Assembly: GCF_001949145.1 (NCBI RefSeq) | Contig: NW_019091356.1 | Span: 3,826,934-3,890,933, forward strand | Direction: 5' to 3' | Source of the DNA: Acanthaster planci | Lineage: Eukaryota | DNA length: 64,000 nucleotides | In this document: positions 40,101-52,100 of the stretch, piece after piece | How the letters are laid out: each line of letters opens with the position of its first letter | Position numbering within the stretch: the stretch's first letter is position 1 | Notes under the pieces: generated by a model | What the model was told of the DNA's origin: nothing | The model's database searches: none | What the model saw: only the letters and a program-made list of their open reading frames with translations | Made by a program: the position numbers and the translations under genes

Positions 40101-43100
40101 GCTGAAAATGGTCAAGGTGAAATGCCAGGAATAGGAGTTTTCAGAAATGTGAAAATGTGAAAAATAATCAAAAAAATTTTTTGACAAGAAAAGGAAAAAG
40201 AAAAAAAAAATCACAAATATTTGAAGGAAGCTGCTTCGATGTCTAGTGGAAATTGTTCGGAAACTGTTGATGCAGAGATTTTACTAGCGTGGTCGTAGTC
40301 AGTTTTTGGTTTTAATTACATTTTGTTTCAAGAAGCAAGAATTATCTCTTGACCATTGCTGTAAAAATGTCCTCCGTTGAAAGTGTGTTGTTTTTCACTT
40401 TTTTAGTTCTTAAAACAGCTCCTTTGTAAAGGTCTGGGTCAGATATATGCATTAAGGTTGTGAGCTTTCCCACTTTTTGGCGTTTACATGCCCCATTCGA
40501 GATTGTGCCCCTTTCCTTTCACCACTTGTTCCTTAACCACTCACACTAACTCATCAAGTGCCCCCAGTTCCTGTCAAGCCTTTGTACTAACGAGTGTTCC
40601 TAAACCTTGGAGTAACACTGCTGTCCAAAGAAAAGAAACAGTGCATCGTTTTCTGCTAGGGATATTACATTTTGGCTGCATTAAACACAAGCTGTAATGC
40701 CCTTTGAATCCTTTTAATAGCTGTTTTTGAATTTGCCTGGGTTGGTTTGGGAGTGCAAAGACAGACATTTTTCATTTTCTTCACTTGTATAAGTTTCAAA
40801 ATTTGAATGCAGTGTTTTGGCAGAAGTCAAAAAATATATTACCTCAGATTTTTTTTATCTATGTGTTTTTTTCCCTTCTAAATTGTCCAAAATAGCCCCC
40901 AAAGCAACAACCAAAAAGTCCTTTAATTTTCTGTTTGTTTTATTTGTTTTTTTAATCTCAGCCTATGGTTTTTTTATGATTCTCAATTTTTTTTGGGGGG
41001 GGACAGTCTCTGTCAAAGTCTTGTCCTTTGAATTTGGCAATGCATCAACTTTTAAACCAAAACAAAATCTAACCTAATGCCTGTCTTTGACCCATACCTC
41101 AAACCAAAGTGGCAAAAATTGTACTTACTAGGAGAAAACACTTTTGGATGGTTCCAGAGAAAGAAAAATAAAGTCAGAAATGAATTGGAAAGGAGAAAAC
41201 AAGTCAAATGTACAGCTTGTGTTATTGTTGCATTTGTTATGTCGTATTATTCTAAGCTTTGATAATTTTTTCCCTCACTCAATTATTCAATCCAAACAAT
41301 ACCCTTGTCTACAGTATTCTGTCTAGATATACAGAGTGTTTCCCTAATCTTTGCATATCTCCTCAATATCTTCAATTAAACTCTTTAAAATTACCCTCAT
41401 AAGAATTGCAGTGCTTTGATTAGTTTCCAAAAAAGTTTTCCCTTTTAAGTTTCTTCAATCCCATTTCAGTATCCATCTGTGATAGTAGTCCACAAGTCAT
41501 ACTCATGGACTGTTTGACCTAGACTGTAATGTACCGTTGATTTGGCTCCTTATAAAGAGCAAGATTTCAAGTATGTGTGATTGTAGGTCCCTAAAAAGGC
41601 TTTTGTGGGCAGTGAGATATGGTATCAGTGAGCTGAGATTCCAACCATTAGATTTAAACTTGTCCCAGAACCAAGCTCACTCTCCAAAATGCTCTCACAG
41701 AGGAGTATAGGTAAAGTATTTAACGGCCGTCGTTGAGATTTCACAGAGGCATGTACGAGCTTTCTCCAAGTTGAAATAGTTCAGATTGTGTGTTAAAACA
41801 ATGGACTACCTCTCATGCATCGTGTTCTTCTATTATAAAAGGAAGTCAAAGGAACAAATTAATGCAGATATTGGTGACAGTCATTGGAAGGAACAGTTCA
41901 TAAGGAAACAGTGACATTGTCAGACAGCCCCAAAAGGAAAATTACTGGCAACTGCAGCCTTTGAAGTGGCAGAACAAATAATTTATGACGATATCAACCC
42001 TTTCTTTTAAAATGCCAAGAGAGAAATTATATTATTAGATTTTGGCATTGTAGAAAATGACCCATCATACTCATCAAAATGTATCTCTTAATTAATATAG
42101 ACATTGCATCATACTGATTGCAAAATCTTAATACACAGATTTTTTCATATATGTAGGAATTCTTTTTTAAAAAGAACTTAGAGACATAGAGCCCTCTGCC
42201 CAGAATACACAGTTTCATTTCAGAAGCGTTAAAGTCTATTTTTACCATCAAGCAAGTCATCAACCATAAATCAAACGATTTCCACCACCACAGCTGGAGG
42301 AACTGCGCAAGTTCTTCGAGGCCAAGCTGCAGGCGCTGCAAGAGGAGCTGGACAACGAACGTAGGCAGCAGCTGGGCACGGTGCGGGACGTCCATGAACG
42401 CGAGCGACAGCGGGAGTTGAGTGAGATGCGAGACCGGCATGAGTGGGAGATGGAGGCGCTGAGGGGAGAATTGGACTCCAAGCACTACCGCATCTTTGCC
42501 GAGATGCGAGGCCAGTTGGAGCAGGCCTACAGGGAAGAGGTGGAGCAAGTCAGGAAGGAGGCAAAGGTAGGATGTGGGTGGGGCTAGGTACTCCTTAAAA
42601 GTGGGAGGTCAAGGTAAGACGTGGGTGGGGCTAGGGACTGTTTAATAGTGGGAAGTCAAAGTGAGATGTGGGTGGGGCTAGGGACTCTGTTAATGGTAGA
42701 AAGCCAAGGTAAGATGTGGGCAGGGTTAGGGCCAATTTAATTGTGGGGGGCCCTCAGGTAGGATATTGGCGGAGCTATGAACTGCTTTACGGGGGACATA
42801 GGGGCAGCTAGAGCAGGTGAAGGGGAAGAGATGGAGCCATTGGGTGGGCCTATGGACTCTTGTCAGAGGGACGATGAGGTGAAGGCAAGATGTGGGTGTG
42901 GCTCTTGACACTTGGTGGATGAGTAAAGATTTCAGACACGAAATCTATTCAGCCTGGTTGTTTTGAACACATTCTTTGAAACCAGAATTTGGTATCGGAA
43001 GAATTCAGAGTGATATACCTTGAGTCCATGACAAGATCTGATTTATGGGTGTTCAGTTTAATATTGAAGTCATTGTTGGTAATTATGTATACAGTGTCTG

Positions 43101-46100
43101 TACTCCTTGTGTGTTGCAGAGGTTCAAGTTTTATCTCTGTGGAGAAGACATTTCAGCTTTTCACAACTTATTCAAATTAACTGAAAAATGCTCAAGCCTG
43201 TACCCTCCAAAGTTGAAGCCAAGTCGCATTGAGAGGTATGGTACTTTAAAATTTTCCCCCTTTTGTTTTCAGAATGAGCGAGAGTTGGAGCTGGCCGCCA
43301 TGCGTTTGTCCATGGAGCAGATGTATGCCGGCCAGCTGGATGTGGAGCGAGCCGAGATGCACAGCCAGCAGGCCAGGGCATTGGCCGAGCTGCGGCAGGC
43401 ACTGATGGTCGAGCACAGGGAGGAGATGGAGTCGATGGAGGAGAGGTGGTCGGCCAGGCTGGGTGCCTTGGAGAGACTGCTGGAAGAGGAGAAGACCAGC
43501 AGGCAAGGTGAGTGGTCCAGGTGCTAAGCGCCAAAAACTTTGACCTATCAGGAGCATGGTCATCAGTCCCAAATTCAAGTAATGTATGTACATCTGACTG
43601 GCTCCCAACCTAAACACGTATACACGCTAAGCGAAAAAGTTCTGCCAAGCAGCCACATTGAATTGGGCTCCTGTCTTTTCTCAGTTGTGGAAAAATCTAA
43701 ACCGTAGAAGTTTGTGTAGAGGAGTGGGATCGGGAAAGAAGTAATTATAGTGATGCTGATGATGCTTTTTTATACCCAGTGTAGAATGGTATTATTAGCA
43801 AGGTGAAGATAGTTACTCTTACACTCCCACATCCTAGCAAACCCATTGATAGGCTTTAATAGAGGATTTTGTAGGACTGAGGAAGATAGAGCCCAGCCAG
43901 TGTACGTTGAAACCTAGGTACTGTTGTATTTTCCAGCTTTTTAGAGAATTTTAAAGGATTCCGAGAGGTTCCTTGAAAAACTGCCAAGCAGTTGAGGCTA
44001 AAATAAAAGGTATGGATTTGATGAACACTCGAGGCAAGTGAAGGATTGAGGATTTGCACAGTTCTGCAGTTATTTTCAGATGGTGAGATTGCTTGGAGAA
44101 GTGGAATTTGGAGCTTTAAATGATTTTTTGCCATGGGTTTGACTTTTTTTGGCTTCTTTTTTGGCTCACGAGCTGAGCTTTTAGTAGCTGAGGAAATAGT
44201 TCCATTGATAAAGTTATCTCTGCAGAAGGAAATTCTATTTTAACTGTCCACCACTCAGAATCTGATGGTACTTGGCCGGAAAGAGTGGCCGTCGTTTTCA
44301 CCTGCCCTGACTGATACTAATGATGCTGGTGGAAAATCTGGCCAATCAAAACTGCTGCACAGGGCCACTGTTCATTCATGAAATAGAAGAATAGCTCCAC
44401 GACCTTGGGCAAAAGCTTCCACTGCGTATTTTGACAGGGAAGAACTGAGGAGACTGATCATCAAACTCAATCAATTTGGTTTTAGATTTGCCATGAACCC
44501 ATTGAAATTTGGAATTTCATGAGTGGTGTTTTCCCCCTTATTCTTGTTGATGCTTGATATAGCGTGAAAATGGAACTGCCCTAATTGTTAAGATGTTCTA
44601 GTTTGATACAGTGATATTTTCACACCCCTCTCGGTGAATGGTCTGGTCTATTTTCCCCTGCCTACTGCCAGCTCATGTCATTTGGGGTCATTACCATAAC
44701 AAAGCCCTGTCAAGATTTACCTGACAAGAGTTTCTTCAGTGACAAAATGGTGAACAATGTACCTACATGTAGTAGTGGGCTCACTTGATGCTTGCTTTGA
44801 CACACAATACCCGAGGGGGTGCAAAGGTCAAACCCTGGTCCAGTACACACTTTACCATGCTCACACAGGCGCACCACACACACACACCGCCAAAATGTAA
44901 TTATGCCCCCCATTGATGATTATACATGTACACTGTACATGCGTGGGTCCATTCTGCGTCTGTTGTTTGCTGTCTCTCCCGGGCCTGTAGGAGTGGGGAC
45001 GCTTGTTTATCATTTTTACCCGCACTCGATATGATGATCCCTGGCAAGTGGTTGGCATATTTTCCATGTGGGGATGTTGCAATATGTAGCAGATGTGCGG
45101 ATGGCCTGGTTATTGTTACACCTGCTGGGGGATTTTTTTAAAAATAATTTGAACTTTCCTTGAGAGAATTTCTCCCGACCTGTGGTACAGTTACAAACCA
45201 TGGTAAGCATCTGCAGTACACAGACTATTTTCTGCATTGAGCATGTTGATATGTGGTGTACACACTATTTATTGAAGTGATTACTAGATTAAAGAGTTAA
45301 TAACTGTAGTGTTATCGGGGCCGGAAAAGGTTGGGCACATTCAGCTTTTTAGGTCAGGATGTGAGATATCAATTTCATGAAACCTCACAGGCATATCGTA
45401 CTTGTATGTGATAGACTCTACACCTGTATGCTTTCTACATGAATATGCATTTTTCATATTCATATTTGTATGTGAAGTGGATGTTGTATTTGAAATTGGT
45501 CGAATAAAAACACCTTTTGTTTAGACTCAGCAGAATTTTTGTCTAAGGTGAAATTTGCATGCACACATTGAGAACCAAACTTCACTTCCAAATCGGTGTA
45601 AATTTAAAACTTGGGTCACAAAAGGCCTGAGCTCATGATGAAGACTTGTGCTTATCCAGTGTAACATACACTGTAGGTGACAATTCTGTGGCTGAAAGAT
45701 ATCACAAGCTCATCGAAGATTAAGAAATGGCAACAAGGTCTTTGTCTTGGTCAATGATTTTCTCTAACTTGATGCGTACGTTGTTCAGTCCTTGTTTGCT
45801 GATTTGAACTGTGAATTGTACACCCTGTAAACGTGTTGTCCGTCTGCGTGGCAGCGTGTTCAGTGCAATAACTTCTGTGTGCTCCAGCGGCAGCAATTAA
45901 AAATTCTCGTGACTCGACAGAAATTGCAGCAAACGCGTACATGAGAAATAACACCATTTCCTTTATGCGAGGGGATGAGTCTTCAAGGCCGTCAATATTG
46001 CTCTACAGTATTGTAGTGAAGATGACACATTTCATTAGTAAATGTTGCAATAATGAAATATGGATTATTTCATAATTAAAATTCTTGTAAAAGTCAACAT

Positions 46101-49100
46101 GGAGCTGAAATGTCAAATGTTAATGTACCATTTTTTTTCATATGTAATGCAGAATATTTTACATATGTCAGCTATGTTGGCTTCCATCATACATGCGACT
46201 GCATGAATCCAGACGTATTTACATGGTTGGCATGCATTGATGATTTTAGATGAGTGGTAACTTACTCAACATGTTTACTCACTCTCTATATTTCGGCAAT
46301 GACACAATATCTCCTTTGAGGAACTGAAAACTAGGTAGTGCAGACTGAGTTGTAACGATCTATCTCTTTGAGCTCTCTGAAGATAGACTTAACCCTAACA
46401 CTCTTCAGTCCTCCAACAAGTGAAGGATTGAGGAGGGTTAGGGTTAATGAAATAAATGCTGACAACTGAAGTTCAAGATTCTTTCTCTACGGGAAAAAAA
46501 ATAGCTCTTGATTTCACCAATTTAGGTGCAGAGATGTGAGCATTTCAAAAGTACTCCGAATGCTTCTTAACTCTATTCTTGGCTCAATATGCTTAGTTCA
46601 GCGCCAGTTTAACATCTTTACGTCATTTTTTATAGTGCATGAACGGGCATTGTGGGCTTTGTACACCTCTTGTACTGTGTGTACTACTGAGGTATTGTAA
46701 ACGTACATGCACATCAACTCTGTATTCAAATCATCATCTAAGCACTGAATTTCATTGCCAAGTTAGGAATAGTATGACCCATGTGCATTCTTAACTCGGT
46801 AGTGACAGAGAATGCAAAGATCAAATGCCGATGAGCCTGGTTACCCACTTGCCGAAATTGTTTGTCCTGACTATGGACAAATCCGAGGAGACGCCATTCC
46901 TGTGGGGCATTGAATTCATGCAGTTGTCTTAACTTTGGCGCTTGCGTACACTCTGGCAAGCCTCAACACCCTGTTGGTCGGAGAGGAATGTTAACGCGCG
47001 CGAACTACCACCTGCGTGCAAACCGGATGGCCACGTAGGAATAGCTTCCAATTCTTTTCTGCTGGATGGGTGTGTAAGAAGTGTCGCATTGAATTCAAGT
47101 ACTGTACGCCAGCATTACACTCTACACGTAGGGAGATGGACGGTTTTGTTCAGAGGGCAGACGCTAAATACATGTAAGTTGGTAAGCTGCTAGCTGTTAG
47201 TTGCTTAGTTGATCAATGAGTGTGTCAATTTATTATTTTTGTTCTTCTGGCCTTGTGAAACATTGACCAGCTTTGACGCACGAAACGGTTTGTTCACATG
47301 TTCAGGTAATAAGATGCAGTTGATTGTTTTAGATTTAAAACAACGTGTCCCGGCTGAGTTGCAGTGGTGAGTGCCACACAAGGCTTAGCACATAAAGTAA
47401 CTACCGTAGTAATGACAAAAGGTGTGAATTGTGGCTTTGTGTTGCCGTAGTAACCGGGTCACCCTGGGGTAGGCAGGCTTTTTATTTTGCAGAGTGGGGT
47501 TGGATGAAACAGCGCGTGATTGAAATAGCAACAATTGAAATATGCAAGATACTCAACCTCTTTAGGGAAAATCAATTATATACTTACACTAAGGTAATAT
47601 TTTACTAGAAAATGTGACTTTAGACTAATGGACTTGGACTTTGTATTATTATTTTTAGCACTCTTTTTGGGGTATAGAGGACTCTGGTAGCAAGTGCATG
47701 TATTTTAATTTGTTCTGTGAGAGGTATATCCATGTCTTATTACATGGACTATTCATATTCTGGATTGGTTCTTGAAACAAGATGGCAGATGCAGTGCTTT
47801 ACCATTGAAAGAGAGAGATTGGTGATTTTTTCCAAGTGGTGATTTGGCATTGACAAGTAGGGAACACAGTCCTGCTAGTACGTACATGTATGTTTGTAGA
47901 TGGTAATAAAGATTGGCACTTGGCCAAAGTGGGGCCATCACTGGGATGGGGAATTGAAAACAAACGAATGGACCTTATTTTATAATATTAAAGGAGGGAA
48001 AAATGAACAGATAAACAGACTTAGAAATTGAACCATATTTCAAACCGAGTTTGCATAGGCCTTTGCATCACCAGGAAAATATTTAGATGAAACAGGTCCA
48101 AAGGTACATTACGTGTAAGCATGCAATAAATTAAGACATTATTTTTCAGTGCAGGTGCTGCGAAAAAATTTCATTTCCAGTAAATTGGATTGGCTGATTG
48201 AATTCTATTCAATTGAAATGGGATTTTACAAGGCTATTAAATTCGACACTCTGTACAGCTTCAATCCGTGTGCTCTGCCGTGGGCCAGGCACATTAAATG
48301 TATGGCCGTGTCCGAAACGGGCTTCCAGAGCTACGGCTAGGGCTATTGTCTGCGCATCTCCGCACATTTCCAATGGAGGGAAGACCTAGACCTAGCTCTA
48401 GACAAGAGACTCAGATGCAGCCTATGTTCTTGATATGCAGTGGTCAGCAGTTCTGTTTGGTTTAGACTGGCCACCGATCTTTTCTTTTCCTGTATTGATT
48501 TTTTCCCCTTTATTTCCAAACAGCACAAGGGTGCTCATGTTCCATTGCACCTGATGTGCTTATCTGTGTACATACAGGACATGCACAAACATACTGCGTG
48601 TACTTCGATTGGTAGTGATCATCTTTAATTATGCAAAGAAGCATGCGTTTATGAATAAAGAGAAATGAACATGTACATGTAGATCTCGGTACATTTGCTG
48701 GGAATTTTGGGGTCAATTTTTTTTTTTTGGTGAGGTGTCTGTTGATGAATTGAAATTCTTCCTGTCCTTTTTGGGGTTTCGTTTTTCTTAACAACATATA
48801 GCATGATCTTTGTACATTATAAACCACAGTATATTTCCACAGGTATATATATGCACTTTTGTCATTTCTGGTCGTTGGGTTACATGTACATGTAGTCTGT
48901 AGATGAATATTTTTAACCTGAAATTCCGATTTTTGTCTTTTCTTTTTTTAATTTTAAATCTGAGAGAAATTTCAAAATGCTCAAAACCTAAGAAATTTTG
49001 CAATTTTTTTTTTTTTGAAGATGAAAATATTGTAGTACGTGTACATGTGTATGCACCTTAGGAATCTTTGCGGACTGCTTTTATTCCTAAACACACACAC

Positions 49101-52100
49101 GCAAAAAACATAGTTTGATCTTTTAGGGATTATTTCCAACAGACCTATCTTTTCACGTTGCATCCCTTCAAAAATCAACATCATAAAAAAGACTTCCAGT
49201 TTTGCAACAAACCTCTGATGAAATTGTCTCTTTGAAATGCTGGCAAGTGGATAGCCCACTCGCACCATAATGTCGTCGTTCAGATCTTAACTCTAACAAA
49301 ACACGAGTGCAGTCACTCCCCTTGCGCCCGAGGCACTTTTCAATATCGGAGCAAATAATGATTGCATCGTGTTGTGTGCGATCCAAATCATGGCGGTCCT
49401 CATCTACTCTGAATTGTAAAAAAAAAAGTCCATTTTTATTCTGTGTGCTTGCTCGGAGATTGTGATAACTGAAGCCTGGTGATTTGTGTAACTGGATCTT
49501 GGTCTTTCTGTCAGAATTGTCGCAAATTACAAAGGTGTCAACTTGGATTTATTGTATAGTTTATGAGAAGCTGTAGACTACCTGTACGTGCACAGTATGT
49601 CTGCCTTGTAGGTTGAGAGGACTGGGCTAATTTCTTTGAAATTAGTTGATGTTCTGAAACATGTATTGGAGCCTTTTCAAGTCAATATTCGTGTCTTGAC
49701 TAAACACTTCTTTAACGGTTTACATAGTTCAGCCTCTTTTGACATTGTGGTTGTGCACTGTTTTTGAAAGTGTATTGTGGAATTCTGAAATCCTAACAAT
49801 GCATCATAGAACTTTCTCCTGTCTTCCCTTGCGAAATGTGAAAAAAGGAAGGGATTTGTGCCAGATCTCACAGATTTGCTCATTCTGTTTTTATGCATTG
49901 AATCAGCCCTTGAACATTAAAGGAAATGCACAATTAGTCTCCTAAACCTTGCCCAAATGACATCACTTGGTTGTCACGGTAACGGACTGTCATCAAAGCC
50001 GTCCATTAAATGACAATATCATGATGAGGTGCAATAATGCAGACTGTATATCTGTGGCAAAAAGGTTGTGTCAAAGATGTTTGGCAGCTTTTGTAATTAT
50101 AAATCGCTGTTTGGATGTTCTTGTGACCCAAATTTGTTTGTGGTTTCACCTAAATGTACCCGTTCATGAAGATGGCATTTATTGAAGTGCACTTTTTAGA
50201 CTAATAACTTTTTAGTCCCCCTAAAAAAAGCAAACAAACCAAGTGCACTCAGTTCATAATATTAATCCCTAACTACCCCAAACCTGCCATACTCCAACAG
50301 TAGGTTTTGTGAGGTTTTGGCAGGATTGGTACTGTACCTGATCAACTTCTTAGTTGAATTTTGCTGGACTTGGTATCAAAGGTCCAGCGTGATGGTGTTG
50401 GATTCTCTGTGAGTTGGGACACACAGGGTTTATTGTGTGCAGTGTCTGGCAAGCTGTACCAAGTGTTGGACTGTGCTTGATTTTGTCAGGTTTGGTACCG
50501 CTGCAGAGCAAGTCATTCTATACTGCGTTTATAGACCCATCCGTACCATATCACTCAAACTCCAATGGAGTCATCATGTTGGAATTTATTAGGTTTGATA
50601 CAGTGACCTGCTTGTACCAGTACACAGACAAGTCCATGAACCTGTTGGATTTTGTGAGGTTCAGTATACTCTCCAGTGCAAGAACCTAGGGGGTTAGGAT
50701 TATTACCAAGGTACATGTATCTGATGCACATGTAATTCATCTGCAGTGAGAGTCTCTGATTCTAGTAGTTACTTGCAGATTCTCAAGTTGACCCACATTG
50801 ATTGATGTGGGATGTTTTGGAATGAGGCTGTGCTGTTTGTATTGAAAAATAAAGGTTTGTCTTGAAGCAAATACTGATTGCTTGGATTGGCGTGGTCTGG
50901 AATAGCCCAGATTAGTCAGGTGATCTCAAGTGTTACGAGGCTCTGGAGATTGAATCATAGATTTACAAGTTGTCAGCTGCAAGACTTGATTTGCTTGAGA
51001 GCGACTGCGAAATTTATTATTGAAAGAACGGGGCTTGTACGGTTTCTGTGTTGTGTTAGCAAGGTGATAGCGATATGTACATCTGTGCTGTCAGGCTCAG
51101 TGCATATTTAAATGCTTGAGAGGTCTTTCTTTTGCAGATGAGGTCAACAGCAATTCGAAGGAGTTGCTCAGCCGACTGAAACGCCGCCTCAGCGAAGAAC
51201 ATCAGGAGGTCATAGAGGTCAGTCTCAGTCTCTTGTAGAGTTGATAGTGAGTCGTAAATAAAGTTATTTTCTAGGAATTCTTTCTAATTTTGCAAATAAC
51301 AGGCTTGAAGTCACACTCTTTGTCAACCAAGCAAAAGAAAGCTTGTTACAGAGATCCTGAGTGTATGGAAAATACCACACGTAATCACTAAATGGGGAAA
51401 TAAAAATACATTTGGGATAAATTTGAAGTGTGAATTTACCACTGGCACAGTTCAAACAGATTTGACAAGAGAGGAGACTTATGGAGGCGAGGATGCATCT
51501 CGTAGTAGATCAGTTCCTGGTGCATGTGGAACTGAGTGTGCTTTGTATTTCCTGTGGGATACTGAGATGTTATCCTCAGTCATGATGGTTTCAGTCATCT
51601 ATCTCTCACAGCAGTGCCAGCTTGCGATATTACGTAGCCTTGTGTGAGATTCATCTGGGTTTGGTGCCTCTTCTTACTCGACCTGTCACATACTCTTGGC
51701 ATTTATTTCCAGCTTTTCAAAGCCCTTTGTTCATGGAGATTTGTTCATGTCTGGTGCTGGCTGTTTTTTCTCCAGAGCCTTGCCCACGAGTGGGACCAGA
51801 AGGTCCTGGAGCAACTGAGGCACCTCAGGGAGGAAATGGAAGAGAAGTATAAGGCGGAGCTGGAGGCGGAACGGGAGCTGCTTAGCCGGGGGCTAGAGGG
51901 AAAGGAAGAACTGGAGCGAGAGCACAGAGCGGACGTTGACCTGCTGATGAAAGAGAGGGAGGCATTGCTCAACCAGGCTGAAGGTGAGGCTTTATGGGGG
52001 TCAAAGGTCATGGATTATGGATAAGTGACTTGAATGGGAACACAGGGCAGATGCTGTGTTGTTTCAAGTGGAAAGAGGCTGTTTAACCAAGGTGGAGGTG

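Noticed and set aside
42560..42780. CRISPR-like repeat-spacer array
   Set aside because: Eukaryotic intron; the inter-repeat segments are homologous to each other and no cas genes are present, so this is a minisatellite.
47333..47366. 34-nt internal coding exon DLKQRVPAELQ
   Set aside because: It would go from phase 1 to phase 2 and break the frame with exon 51138; kept only as a possible non-coding first-exon donor.
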